Assembly: GCA_040954595.2 (NCBI GenBank)
Contig: CM082597.2
Coordinates: 3,210,265-3,274,264 of the forward strand
From: Balanoglossus misakiensis
Taxonomy: Eukaryota > Animalia > Hemichordata
DNA: 64,000 bases
Direction of reading: 5' to 3'
The notes under the pieces are model-generated. The model saw only the letters and a program-made list of their open reading frames with translations. It did no database searches and was not told the origin of the DNA. A program made the position numbers and the translations under genes. Of the stretch, positions 37,886 through 53,100 are shown piece by piece. Every line of letters begins with the position of its first letter. Position 1 is the first letter of the stretch.

Positions 37886-40800
37886 GTCCAATTCTGATTG
37901 GTTCCCAGATATTAGTAGATACCTGACAAAATGAAGAGAAGCGAAACCATGGTAACATTCTGCTGCTTAATTTGAATACATTTGTGTGTGTCTGTTTCTC
38001 AACATTAATGAATTCTGGAGTTGTGTTGAGGACAAATTTCCTTGGAAATGAACTTTGGTTTTACACGGTCATCGATAACCGTGACTCCTTGATAACTAGT
38101 CTTTATACAGAGGATACTTCTGACAGCACGCAGAATTCTGTCAGAAGTTTGATATATAATACACTTATATCATACACATATGATTCATGAAATGAGTATG
38201 GAAGGAATGAGAACTTTTGCACCCAAGTCTGGTCTGCTGCTGGGTTCGTGGTGTGCATAACAATTATTCAGGCGTCATTTTGAAAGGTTGCTGTGCACTA
38301 CTGATGAACAGACGTGTTCTACCACAACACTCCCCGCTCACAAAGGCCATTATATCACGCTGTAATTCAGTCACTCGTTTCGACTGTTGTTCATCAATGC
38401 AAAGAGTGTGTCTATGTCTGCTCCCATAAGGTCAATATAACACCATAATATAATAACCTTCAGTGTCTTTGTTTGTCATATTGGCAGTGACTGCTGCTAT
38501 CTGAGTCTCTCCCTAGCCTCACTGCTTCTGACTCTACCTCACTGTTTTTCTGAATGTAATATGTATATTTGTCTATTATGGTTCTAAAACATCAATCATT
38601 ATATATTTTTTCAATGTTCACACAGCACGCTCTGTTTGAAATGACCTGTGGCATGCCCCCTGGACGACTGAAAGCGTCTATAGGAGAACTACTTCTGCTC
38701 TGGTGCTTGATAACTATTGAGATGGATTGACAAGTACATTGAAGGTGGGGGACAGCATTGTCCCAGAGGCTATCGTTTGTTCATTTGGATTTCTAGTATA
38801 TACGATTGCGTTTGTGTCTGTCTGTATGGTCATCTGTCTGTGTACTCATGGTGTGCGTTAGGGTGCCCTCGAAACTAACCTCGGCTATCAAAACATTCAT
38901 GTTTACTACAAATGATGCTCATTGCAATGTGGTAAATATAGCATGTGCTTCTCGGTGTGTACAATATCATAATCGAGTCCCAAGCACTAACTAACGTGAC
39001 CATGATAGTGTTTGAAATGGCGTTTTAAAATGTGCATGGGAAACACTTTATATTGGAGGAAAATTCAAATGTTTACCTGACTAACGAATCAGCTTGTAGT
39101 TTAGAGTATTCAAACCCACTTGATGTAGAAAGCAGGACCAGCCACAGAATCGTGATGGAGTATACCGGTATATCTGATTTCTACGCCCCTGACTTGTTGC
39201 AATGGATTTGGTTTAGACCTCCAATGGATAAATGACCATCAGAATCCCTCATAAAACCATTTTATTTCCTTGCATAGTATTCAGATTTGGCATTGATTCA
39301 ATCGTGTTGGCTCTGCGATAAAAGACCAAGGCCAACTCTCCGTCCCTTGCTTTGCATAGAAGACTAGGCAGGCAGAAGTCTCATGTCTCTGATGATTGAC
39401 CATGAACCCCTTTTGTTATGCATAGTATTCAGTCAGCAGATGGCAGGATAGCTGCTGGGATGTAGATAAAGTCAGTTGCCTGCAAATAACAACCCACTTC
39501 TGTAAATTTTCCTTCCCAACTAAAATTTCCTCTGCAATCCTCTCTCCTCAAACAAGTGACAGACACCAGGAGTCCAAATCCTACTTATGAAATGTCTATT
39601 TTTGAGCTAATCCAGCTGATTAATGACCAGTCTACGCATGACCTGGTTCTGTTTCCTCCCTTCTGCCATGGGCGCTATGACAGACCTCGCCTATTATAGT
39701 GCCGGCATCGCTTGTTTGGACAAAGAAAGCGACGTGAGCAGCAGTCTAATGTATCATCGTGTCTTTGCTTGTCCTCCTAGTCTATTATCAAGGGAAAGAC
39801 CGGTGACAGACTGGCAGACACAGATTACCTACTCAGTATTCCTTTATATTATGATACATTTCATTTTTACCTTGGCCCACAATATTAAATGTATTCTTTT
39901 GTTACTATATCCTTTACCTAAGCAATGAACAAAATCAGTGAATGAGCTTGAGAGACTTAGAATCATCTTCATTGTCAAAGTGAATAGGCCTATTAAACCT
40001 AAACTTGGCACACTTGCGGCGATTCAGTACGGATACGTTGATGACCTGACCTGCTTTGACGCCATGCTGTCTGTCTGCTTATATTGTTGGTATAGAGATG
40101 CCTGCCAGAGTTCATAACAGTTCATCAGACTACACGACCTTGCACAGTGCTAAGCTAGGGTTGCCACAACAGTCGCGAAAATCCAGCCGAATATGAAAAA
40201 AATTTGAACGACCTAGAATTCTTACCTGTCGGGTAATCTAACCGCAGTGCGTAGACGATTGAATCATTTTCAGATTATGGAAATTTCCAAATTTCCTGCG
40301 CAGTGTTTCTGTAGAAGCTGTGCGATATTGTGTGCCAACAAATGCTACCTTGTTTGCTCGCTGTTATTTGCTTGGCGGTAAATTTTGCTAATTTGCATAT
40401 GTATGAATACTTTTCAAAATAGATTTACTTTCGTGTGAATGGATGTCAGCAGCATCGATATCATTAGTCGTACATTGATTCCCTGTCCCAGTTCTACCGC
40501 TGGCTGTGCTGTGCTGATAACAAGGTAACTGGTCCCCAGCGCCATAATCTTACAAATAACCTACTATCCCATTAAAACTGATAATTGAATATATTTATTT
40601 ATAGATATACGACCAGTACATATGAAAGTATTGACATTTCTTTAGTATGGAGAGACGCCAAATGCTAGGTGTGAACACAACAAAAAGCCCAGGTGTAAAT
40701 TAGTTTGGTTGCAGGATTGGTGAATAGTCCTAGTGTTAACAGGGCTAAGGATAAAATATCAACTAACTCTGAATGCACATTTCAGAGAGATTCTATAAGT

Positions 40801-41133
40801 TGCAAGATATATTAAAGCTTACTGTACTGAAATGATGAACCTTGGTACAACTAGTACAGTGGTATAGCACTAAAACAAGACTAGCATGAATGACAACTTT
40901 ATTTACTGCTAATTTTCACACTGTCATATACCTATACAGTATTTTAAACTTTAAAATTTGAAAGTTAAGCATTTTATCGTCATGTCAGCTGTGAAAGTAA
41001 AGGAACAGACGATACATAAAAAACTACTAATATATGAGGACACAGAAAACAATTGAATATTTTAGTATGATGAACTTGCATTCATCTTTACCAGACGGAT
41101 ATCGCAAGGGTTAATATCAACGTATTGTGAAAC

Positions 41134-44100
41134 CTAGTATTCCTCCTTCCTCTCTTGTAAAACTTTCTGCAGGTCCTGTTGCAAAGTTCGTACTTGTCTT
41201 TCGTCCTCTTTCTTTGTCAAATCAGAAACGCCTTCCTCATTGATTATAACCAATAGGAACCCACGCAGACAATCATCCTATAAGAGAACAATAAAACAAT
41301 ATATTATTTTCCACTTAATGCAAGATTACGCGAGATTCGGTTAAGTTAAAGGCAGACGTGCTGCGGTCTGGAGACCATGATTCACTTACATCATCGTCAT
41401 CCACTAAAAGGTGATCGAAGTCCACACTGCCATGGTAGAGCCCCCGCTTATGCCAATTCGTCAGCGCCTTCTTGACGTCAATGATTATAGTTTTGATGTC
41501 CAGTGGAGTGATGTAGTTGTCTTTGCTGTATGCCAACCATGCTGTCATTGAGAGGTGGGCGGCTCGACTTGGGGGAATCACGAAGAACAGGCGAGTGGTC
41601 ACAAGATCGTGAAAGACAGCTTGCACTATTCTCGGGTCTAAATAAAAGAGAAATGAGTAAGGGCCTACTTCTCATAGACATAAAGCCCCCTCCCTGACAC
41701 TACCCAGATCAGCATTCTTCGGAAACGTAAATAAAAAAATTCATCTGCATAATTCATGCCTGCAATGGAAAATGCCGCCATTGGCTTAATGTTTGGCTGA
41801 CATTTCAGTATTTTGGTCTCTGTATCAAAACAAGATTTCTCCTTGTATATATGTAATGGTGAATGATGTAATCTCTAGCAATCCCAGCTACCCTGATTAA
41901 TAATCATTAAGATGCCTTGTCGAGTCATCTTAATTATTATTATAGGCGAGGGAGGAGATCATAGGTAGCCTATACATGTCTTCTATTTTTACCAATTGGG
42001 CGGACTTTTTTATCCTCCATCTGTTTCTTCTTAACTATCTCCTTACTTCTGTAGGTGAACAGTATAGGATTCAAAGCTGAGTTAAAGGGCAGAATGACGA
42101 TGACTGTCCAAGCATACAGGTTTGAGTGGATCTCTGTTCCTAGAATAGCTACTAGACCAATGATAACAATGGGTATCCAGCACAGGAGGTCAGTTTTCAC
42201 CAAGATAGAGGTCACTGCTGCTAGGCTCTCCTCAACCATATTGACGCGGACGTTACTGTAATCCCCACTTCGTTTCTTGCCAACCCTAACAGCCGCATAG
42301 GATCCAACGGCAACAATGATCCCCACGCCAACAGAGATGATGTATATGAACATGGCGTATTCCCACCCCGGCGTTTTATCGCTGTGCAGGTGAATTGGCA
42401 GGCACATTCCGGTGCGGCCGTAGAAGAATTCATCGAAGTACACAAAGTCGAGCACTAAGTCGAGCTTCGGTGCGACAGCAGCCAATATGCTGAACGACCA
42501 GGCAATGAAGAGTAGCAGTTTGGAACTGAACGGCGCGATGAAGACATTGCCTAGAGGAAACACTGCCACCAAGGCACGCTGCACAGCCATGAGGCTCAGG
42601 ATGAAAACAGACATAAGAGTGGATACGGTAGCCATTGCGCCAGCTATGACACAGAAGTCATTGATTCTCCACTGTCTAGAGTGTGTGACATAGATCCCCC
42701 TGTAGTAGACATCGGCAATGGCGATGATCATGAGGAATGTTCCCATCAAGATGTCCGCTAACGCAAGGTTGGTGATCAGTATCATGCTCACCTTGCTTTT
42801 GGTGGTATCGTAGAGACTAACCTGTCGAAATAACACCACCAGGTTGCCCATGAATGCTGCTAACCCTACGACCCAGATGACTAATCGCATGAAGGTGTCG
42901 CTGATCAAGTCACTGCATGACGAGAAAATGTCGCTGGATGGTACACAGTCTGTAATTCTACCCTCTTCATAGCCAGCCAGACAACAAAAAGCATAGTCAT
43001 CAGAAACACTGCAAGGAAATATTTAAGAAGACCCTGTTACAAGCATTCTATTATAGATTTTGGTTTTCGTATATATAGAATTCAATAGAAAATGAGTCAA
43101 AAACTACATAGAAATCATGAACATGCCTTTGATCATTTGGGTGACATCAGGTATGCTAAGATTGAGGCTTTCTATTGTTTCCCCATCACAAAAACACAAT
43201 TGGCTGTAATACCGGTACTTACAGTTTGGAGAGAAGGTCCAGTTCATCGAAAAGTGTCTCGGGATAAAAAGTAATTCTGTTGACCTCCATATTCCTAGGA
43301 AGGAAATGAAGTATGTGGTATTCAACTCTGTCAGGACATACTAGGCATTTTGCTTCTGTGCATATAGTGATTGTCTCATTTCTTGTTTCACTATATTCTA
43401 AAATATTTCTTATAATTCCTTCTAAAGGATCACTGCTCTGAGAGTTATTTTAGTTGTCTGCCATCATGATATTAAGTAAAATGAATGATGGACTAAAACA
43501 AATTTCTTCAACACTCACCAATTTAAAAAAAATGTCAGATACTTACAGATGTCTAAGCTTAGGTACAGAGTTAAAAATACCTTCTGCCAAGGTTAGAAGA
43601 TTGTTATCTCTGATTACTCTGCAAAGTAATATACATTTCCCTCATCATATAATAAAATAAAAAAGACCTTATCACTTGGGAATTCACAGCGCCTGACAGA
43701 TTTTCCAAAATGTATGTACTCTGTACATGTCTAGAATGTCCATAGCAGACTGTCAATTGGCCTTATTTAAATACTTACAATTTAGCTATGTTAGTCAGTC
43801 CCTGGAACAGACGACTCGAAAATGATTCTATTTGATTTCCTGAAAGATCCCTGCAGCAAGTAAGAGAGAGCATAATATGAAATATGTGATTGTGCTTTGA
43901 GAAAGTAATGTATATAATCTTTAATATCTGAAAATGTTCAACATATTTTGGGCAAGCGATTTTTGAGGAGACAAGGCATTTGTAGTAATATTCATTGAGT
44001 CTTGTTGTTACTATAAGGCCTATGATCACTGACATCTACATGTATGATGTTTTACTCACAGTTCACCAAGTAGAATGTAAGGGTTGAAGAATTCCTCCCA

Positions 44101-47100
44101 TGTTGAGTTATATCTGGCAAGATCCATTATTCCTCCTGGTAAATCACGAACAATTCTACACGAATGTAAGATTGTAACAGCCACTTATAGCAGAATATAG
44201 ACATATCTGATTTTGAAATCAACAGTTCATTTTAGATAAGGAAATCATTTCTGATGTATGGGGGTGATCGCAATATATACTACAGCCAGGTAACTTACAG
44301 TGACCTGGCATTCAGTGGATCGACTTCCCTGATTAGTTTGACATCATTACCAGAACAGTCATACTGAAATCCTGTGCATGTACATCCCAGCGGGCACTCA
44401 ATATCTGGCAAGGAAAATGTAGGATAAACATCCTTAGCACTTCATGCTTTCATGTGAACAACACATGTTATGCTCTAGTAATATGGTGCATCAGACATCA
44501 ATGAGTGACATTTAAAATAATTACAGTAATGGAATTAATTAATTACTTTATGACTTAATTATTTACCTACTTACTTACTTACTTACTTATTAGAGAATTT
44601 GTTTCAAGAACAAGAACAAGAAATTCTTTACTTACCACAGTAAAGCTCGTCCGACCCAGATCGACACTGCCGTATTTCATTGCATAGCTGGGTTTCTGGT
44701 AAACAGTTGCCAGAATCCACACACCTAATAGTTCCTGCAGGGCAGGTGTATTGGTCTTTGTGAGTGAAGAGAAAAAGGATACAAGTTCATGTGATGATTA
44801 TACAAAGGCAAGCATTGTTCTACATTCAAATGCTATTTTAACTACTGTTGGGTCCCACTGGTTCCAAGACTCTCTAGGTGATGGTAGAGGCTTCAGTGGT
44901 TCTCCATCATCCCAAAAAGAGTAATCACCCAATCCTAAGCTATGTTAGTAGGTGTTGAGAGCAATCAGATTGGTCTAAGAGCAACGTATTTTCTAGATAA
45001 TTGATCAGTGATGGCATCTGTGACACTTATATTTAGATTCTGACAGCTGATATTCAGCGTGAAGTTAGAGATGCACAAGGAACATAGCAGAATCACTTAT
45101 ACCACAGCCAATTTCATCCTCTGCATTTGGACAGTCGTTTTCTCCATTACAACGTCTGTACAGATCAATGCAATAGCTGCCAGGACACTTGTACATTGCC
45201 CTGTCTTCAGGACAAGCAAAATTGGCTGCAAAAGATAACACATTTCAGGTTGTCAATCATTATTAAGATGTTATACTGAGAATACAGAGTAACTGTTTGA
45301 AGTTCACCACTCTCTTTAAAATTACTGTATTAATTTGATTACTGAATATACTCCAATCAGAAATGATATCAGTATATAGTCACAGTGTGAATGACATACC
45401 ACACCCTCTTAGATGTGTAAGATCACGGCAGCCGATTTCGTACTTGTATTCGTCCTTTTGGTAGATGCATTTCAGCGAGTCTGCGATGCAAGCACCACTT
45501 TCACATCTGAGACCATACCCAGAATCCCGGTTAGGACACGACGCTGCATCCCCCACCACCACACCAGCTAATGGAATCAAAACGACAATGTTGCCAAATG
45601 TTTCGACTGTTATGTATGGTCCATGCTCATCAGAATAGATGGATCATCTATTTGCTCACTGGAGCCAAGTCAACCTTTGAATGAACCTTGAATTGGTGCA
45701 GAGGTAAATGTACATTGTAACTCTGGTACCTTTGGCATGATTGGCCATATGTTTTTTGTCCTGTGATACATAAGAATGTCCTGCAATATGAACTCTCACA
45801 TTATCTCGTGGAGTTTGGGAAATGGTCTATTACATACCACATATTGTTTCGCCTTCATCTTGCTGAAGTCCCTCGACACAACCCATGCAGTCAACGATGC
45901 CATCGCATTGAACACGAGGGGGCATACAGCTCCCGTCATGACACTGAAATCCGCCATTTCTCGAGCACGTTGCTGTATGAAAGAGCAGGGATTTTTGAAA
46001 CAAAGCGAACACTCATACTCACATTCACGCCACATTCACTCACCTACCGCACTCATAGAACGCGTAGTGTAGCAAATACAACATTGGTGTTATGATGACG
46101 ACTTACTTGAGCACATCTTGCTCTTCTCGTCTGAGTTGTCCATACACTGGTGTTTGAAATCACACAGAGCGCTGAAGGGAATACACTCCTTGGAATCGTC
46201 ACACTGGTGTTCAGGACACGCTGGAAACTCTAATTTAACACAGAAAGAAGGCTTCATCCATCAAGTTGTGTTAGGTATTTTTTTGTGGAGCGAAGAGGTG
46301 ACCTTTCTCATACGCAAATGGTAAGGAAAAAAAGTTGGCAGGTGTTTAAACCTAGGATCTTCAGTTGCTGTCATGCCCAGTATTCGCTACGGTTGGCTGC
46401 TTCCTTCATTCTAAGAATTATCTAATTTCAGGGATTTGTGGATGAATAATAAAAAATACTTCATATTAAATGGGCTTTCTTCCATCGTGGAAACTTCAGA
46501 GGAAGCAGGCAGATGTTAGGAATCTAAATCTTTCTGAACTTTACCGCACTGGTTTTCATCCGATCCATCAAGGCAGTCACTTCGGCGGTCACAGTAGCGT
46601 GACCAGGCTATACATCGACCATTGCCGCATCTGAAACCTTGGCATTCTTCAGCTGTGTTATCGAAGACAGGTAATGAAAAAGTCAGATGTAGGAAACCAG
46701 TCACTGTTTTATGTCTGTTTCCGTCAATCCCTCCCTCACACAAGGAGACATACACTGATAAGCTAACAGCACCAATAATCTAGTTTATGTAATATGAATG
46801 TTTGGTAAAGTTATGATCTATCACTATTGTAGGGTGTGGTGGAGATACAACTCATGTAGGACGGTAAGGGATCACTACTTACGGCAGTCCACTTCATCGG
46901 AGCCATCGTGACAATCAGAGACTGAATCGCACAAGAATGTTTTGTGTAAACATTCACTGTTGTCGCAAGTGAAATACTGATCCCCGCATTCCGTGCTGTG
47001 ATCTAGTAAACACGCCAGAAGTAGTCTGCATTTATTTTGTGTGAATGTAATATTTCGCTGAAGGCTTGTTTACATTGCAACAGGCCACAGTCATGAGCCT

Positions 47101-50100
47101 TATAAAACCTTACATCCTTTTTCTTCTGGTGGTATGGGGTTGACAAAATTAAATTTTTGGGACAAGAAACATATAAATATTGTTTTAAAAGTGTCTCTAT
47201 TATAATTCAGCACATTATCATTCATTCAATCATTCATTTCTTTGTTCGTTCATTCTAAAAACCTCTTACCGACTGGCAGTGTGACAATCTCATCATAAGA
47301 TAGGTCAGCTGTCAAAAGCAGGATAAAATTATTATTAATTATGAGACAAGGGACTACAGTTCTTATTTTATTATGACATTTATGACACAAACGGCTCTCA
47401 GCGATATCAATACCTACCCTGAAAGGTAAGCCTACTATTGTCTATTAAAATAAAAAAGAGACCACTAACGTGTGTTTTCGTCTTTGGTTGCCGGCTTCTT
47501 GCATAGATACTGGTCTGTGATGTTGTAGGAGCAAACCTTATCGTGCCACTGTTTGGTTGTCCGCAAACTGTCCAAGTAGATGATGACGCAGTTCTCCAGG
47601 GTTCCACCATCAGGCTGAGAACCGTACAAACTAGGTGGAGAAAAAATGGCTAAGTGCATTGTAAACTCAGGTTGTTACTCCTGTAGGTATTTTACACCTA
47701 TGAAAAGCCTCCAATCTCTACTCTTTGGTAGGAAAACTATTCGCCCACTGATTATCCTGTCCACTGCAAATGGTACCACAAATGCCTCTAAGCACACCGC
47801 ATGAGTTGTCTAGAAGCCTATATCGGGTAGCTGCACCCTAAGTTTCTCCAGTGGTACAAATCACATCCTCTCGAATAAGAATCGCAATGCTCACGTTTCC
47901 GTATTCCAATCTATATAGCTCACAGCACTGCCATCTACCCAACGATATCTTCCTTCCGTACCCAAATCGTTCAACCCTGAAAGGCAAACAACCTGGTTAA
48001 GTCAACTTTGATGGCCTGAATGTACTGCTGTCCCCACTCAGACAGTGGGATCGCTGCCTAGACACATATACTGACCGATAACTTGAATTGTCACCCACCT
48101 ATATATGTTTTATTGAGTCGTTTATCGGACAGGAGCTCGTGGACGAATTTGGCCTCGTTTTCAGTGGTGATGCTGGACAGGAATGTGTTGTGGCTGTTCT
48201 CTTTGCACAGCTGGTTTGCAACATGCCAAGAAATCCTGGTTGGCGCCGATCGCAGACTGTAGCAACTCAAGCCATAGTGGCGCCATGGCAACCCATCTGT
48301 CCCATCACAGTGGTAACCTGCGTTGATTTGTTAGATTGATGTCAATTGCATAGAAAATCTAAGACTCAGGTACAAGGGATTATTGGGAAATAATGGAATT
48401 AGAAACAGTTAACCTCTCTTCATAAAAAGACATTGTATACATGATGTAAAATATACCTGTCGAAAGATATAATAATTGGACGATAAATTGCAGTTGGTTC
48501 CAAAATAACATTGTCTATTTTTATGTACCTGTTATGTTCAGTTCTTCAGCACGCTTTCTGGTAATTTGCACGTCTCTGTAAGCAGCAATGAAGCCGGTAC
48601 TGTTATCTGCATGGCTGTCCGTCGTGAAAATCACCAGCAGCTCGTTAAAACCAGACTTGACGACCCCGGGCGACCGAGGGGGCGTGTGGAAATTGCAAAA
48701 CCTCCGACGGAGATTTTCATCAATTTCTTGAGATCCGTCGTACAGCAGCAGATAATCAAACTCACAGGATGTCTGTTGGCCGCCGACGTCGAAGGTGTAG
48801 AATTCCAATTCGATGTACGAGTTCTCGTGCACCGTGAGCTGCCAGGAGCAGCGACTGTTTGCTGGGTACAAGTCTGGATGGTCAAGACTGGTCAGCATGC
48901 CATTCGTTTCAGTGCACCGTAAGGGAGCCAGGCACGCGTGAGAGACTCCAGAACACTCTTCGATATCTAGGAATATAAAGAAGGTAGTAGTCAAGCTTTG
49001 CATGAAACTGGAATATGTGCATTATAATATGTGCTGTTTATCCTGAGTCACATGAGTACATGTATGTCCTCCCGTATAAACACGGAAGATCCCGGAAGTG
49101 TCCCGGAGCACGGAAAATAGTCTACCACATGGTGCACCTTTGTGGAGAGGATTTTAGTTCATATGTCAACTTGCTTAAAATTATAGGTTCCACCTTTACC
49201 TTCACTGTGTTTAGCTTGTCCCATTCTGCTGCTAGCAGAGACAACAGCAGAGGCCACGCCTCATGAAGATGAATTAGGATCAAATATCTCTACAGCTGAG
49301 TTCAGTCAGATGGTACATGTCCAGTTTAGACAGTGTAGGCTGCATTCAATGCAGGCTAGGTTACATACCTGGGGTTAATTTAATGTGATACTCTGCATTC
49401 CGTGCAAGTAGGAGCTCAATCTCCGGATCAAAGTGCCAGTGGGGAAGTGAACCGAACATGCACTGGCGTTCAACCACGTCGTAAACAAAGTAGCGGCATT
49501 CATACTGCTCCTCGGACAGACAGAAGTAGCGGCACTCGTCCAGTGTCAAGAAGTGGTAGATATCGGACAGGTTGTGGTGGTGGTGGATTTCGAGCGATGG
49601 CTGTATACCGTACCGTGTGTAGAACAATGACGTTGTGTTTCCTTCTGTGAGGTTCCACTGTGCTTTCAGTTCTACACATAAGAACATTTAAAAAGTATGT
49701 CTAATAATGTCTAGAACCTAGTAATTGTTGTTTCGCTTTTGTGCACTCACTCACATATACATTCTAACGTTTTGCTCTAATATTTCAAATATATGATACA
49801 TTGGCTATTTGCATGTCCAATGAGTCCTTCTAAACTCCAGCTTCTCAACATTGAGGCTGCAGTTACAAGTATCAAAACCAGCAACAGACCTTTTTCAGCT
49901 TGACAGCCATAGAACTCTAGTCTGGTGCCTATCATGTAGGGGCCGTCCATCTCTTCAGGGTGGACTCGTATCATACGGGACTCCACGCTTGGAATGAGAG
50001 AGTGAAACACGTGCGAGTCTTCCTGATAACTACCTCGGTACACCTGTAAGGTAAGAAAACAAAGAGTTGAGTTTGGCGATTCATGAACATGGCCAAACTA

Positions 50101-53100
50101 TCACCGATTTTCAGTAAATCTGATATTGTCAATGGTGTTTCATGTGAGCATGATCACCGTACTGGCTTTTACCTAGTTTATTTCTTCCATATAGAAGGTG
50201 GATATCAGCTTCTATATTACTATTTGGTAGAGACTTACAGCAATTCTTTGATTGATGTCCAGGTGGGGCAACCAGTTTACTCCGTCGTCGCTGTAGGTCA
50301 GAGTGAAATGATTGAGTAGATACCAAACTGCCTTATCCTCATTGATGGGATTTTGGGCATAAGTCTTCCAGTCCTCATGATACATGAATCTGGACGTGGC
50401 AATGGCGGTGACGTTCGTCATCATCAGAAAGTCCACCTGGATCCACGGGAATGGGTCGTTCTTATTGGGCACCCAACCGGGGATCCTCTCCGGGACCACA
50501 CGTTCCGGATTAACACCCGGTATGTCCTGGAATCGCAGGGGGCGGTTGTGCCCGTCGTAGTGGATATCAAGCTGCCTGGCATAGTGTGGTGCTGTGTCCA
50601 CGTTCTCGTACGAGGATGCGGTGATTTGCGAATGCGCGATACGCAAATCCTCCATACCCAGAGGTTTGAAACATGACGTAGAGGTCGCTGTTGCGTTATT
50701 AAAAAAAATATTGTGTTATACTATGCCATTGTAGTGTAAATTCGTGACATCAAGATTAGTGATGAAAGTATGAGCGATTCATAAACAAAGGAATATATAA
50801 AAACATATGGAAATATAATCAGTCTCCCATAAAAACAATCGGCCATGTGTTTTTCCTCGTGTTTTACATGATAGTGCCCTCCCACATAAACTGCCTAGCC
50901 ACACAGGATCTCGAAGTGTCTCGTGGAGTTCGGCAAAAGGTCTATTACCTTGGGCAATTTTGGGTGTGCAGAACACATCACTGAAAACGATTGACTCTTC
51001 ACTTGCGTCGGCCATCAGGTAGGAGCTGACCTGGGGGCAGTTTGACCCTTTTTCTGTTCTGACAAACCATCGAATGTGGCCCTCAGTCCATAGGTAGTCA
51101 CAAGTTTCTAGACCGAACCGCCAGGCCGTGCGCACCGAGTGGAAAGTGGCCAGATCAGCGCCGACGTGGTTGCATTTTTCTTTGGCCGAATCGAACTCGA
51201 TTAGGCCCAGCACCACAAACGCCTGACCTGCTTACAAATTGTATTATACACGAGGTGAATTACAATAACCTTCAAAGGAACACTTTCATTTCAAAATTTT
51301 TTATTCCAGGACTGATTTGTAAATAACTTCTCTATTTTGTTTGTGTGTGGCATATGCCAATCAAACTTTTAACATTAGGTATCAGGGATTAAGAATTCAG
51401 GGATTTTGACTTACTCCATTCACAATGGGTGCCCGTGAATCCAAATGGACAAATGCATGTATACGTCTCAATGACATTGACACAGGTTCCCCCATTGAGG
51501 CAGGGGGACACACTGCAGTAGTCAACCATGTTCTCTGCAAGATACAATATGCACCGCTTGCTATTTCACACGGATGGCAGCTGTATATCTGAATACACAG
51601 CGGACATACTAGCATATACAAATTACAATAACACATACAGCAGTCCCGAGCGTATTCAGTTCACAGAGGCTTGAGCAGATGGTTATATTTTCATTCATTA
51701 TCCCTGAAGGTAGATTTGGTATAATTGTCTTCATTTCGTTGCCGTACATGACCAATTACCTTCAGGTATTCGCTCTCATATAGAAATGCCTTTGATCCGA
51801 AGCAAATGTTATAGAAGCTAATCGAAAATGACCCGGTAGTTAGTTCCTTAGAATTGATGAAAAATAGAGGGATGATGGGTGTATACAGGTTACATTCAAA
51901 AGTCTGCTTACCTGGCGTTTCACGTACATAAACTTCGAATTCAAGAAGTTGTAGTTGCAGAGGGTAGGTCACTGTGCGAAGGAAAAAGACAAACCGTCCC
52001 GGGTGCTCGTCACAGAAAAGGTACACCCAGAACCACGTTCCTTCCAGGTAGATATGGATATTATCGTTTGTTTCATCGCCTGTCAAAATGGCCTGCACTA
52101 GGTTTGAGGCGCATCGACGTCGTGTCCAGAAATTGATGATGTCAAACTGGCCAAGGTCCACGAAATTCTCCTGTATCATCGTCACTATAAAAGCAATGCA
52201 GATTAATAGGGAAACTTGTATCATCAAAGAGAAAGAGAGGAGAGAGAGTTAGAGAGAGAATGGGAGAGGAGAAATGAAGGGAGAGAGGGGAGGGAGAGAT
52301 GGAGGAAGCGAGGGAGGGAGATGAACGTAAATTTGTTTTTAAGGGGAGTGGCGTTCGCTCATGGCACTCTAGAACCTTTGGCAGATCTACCCCTGACTGT
52401 GCTGTAACAGATCTGCAAGGAAAACCCCTCGACTGTACTAAAATGGAACTTATAAAGATGGCCGCCCAAAATGGATCTGGTAAAATACGGTAAAAGGTAT
52501 GCGAGCCTTGTTGCCTTAGTGGTTACCCAGAAGAGTTGTGGTCACAAGAAGGTGAAAGTCATTTTGGGTCTAAGATGGAATATGCACTTGGCATTTCATT
52601 TCATTTCATTTCAGATAAAACATCTTGTTTCTTTCAAAAATGTTTTTTACAAATTTTGAGACTTTGCAAGTTAGATGCATGTTTGGCACATTAGAATTAA
52701 TGCATGCTAAAAACAGTTTGGGTTAGCGATGTTGACAGATGGAAATGGTAGCTTACGGTCTAGTGCTCTGATGCAAAAACGCACCAGGTAGATGTCGTAC
52801 GTCCGGTGGAGATCAATGACAACATTATACAGGCCAATGTCCTTGCTTTCGTCGTAATCATCGCTGTTATAGGCATGACATTTATCTAAGGAATTCTCCC
52901 TGAGATCCCAGAATGACCACACCTGCTCCCGTGTTTGACGCCCATTAGGAAGCTGAGCCTGACCTTCCCAACTGATCATGGTGGTCTCGTTGGCGTTGGG
53001 GTCTGTCGGATAGCGCCCGTCCACTGTACTCCAGCCATTGCCCCAAGAATATTGAACGAATTTGTTCAAAGCTATGTTAACTGTCACTGCAAGGAAGAGG

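Noticed and set aside
40155-40185. tagggttgcca resembling a hAT-type TIR start
   Set aside because: No matching inverted partner or TSD found nearby.
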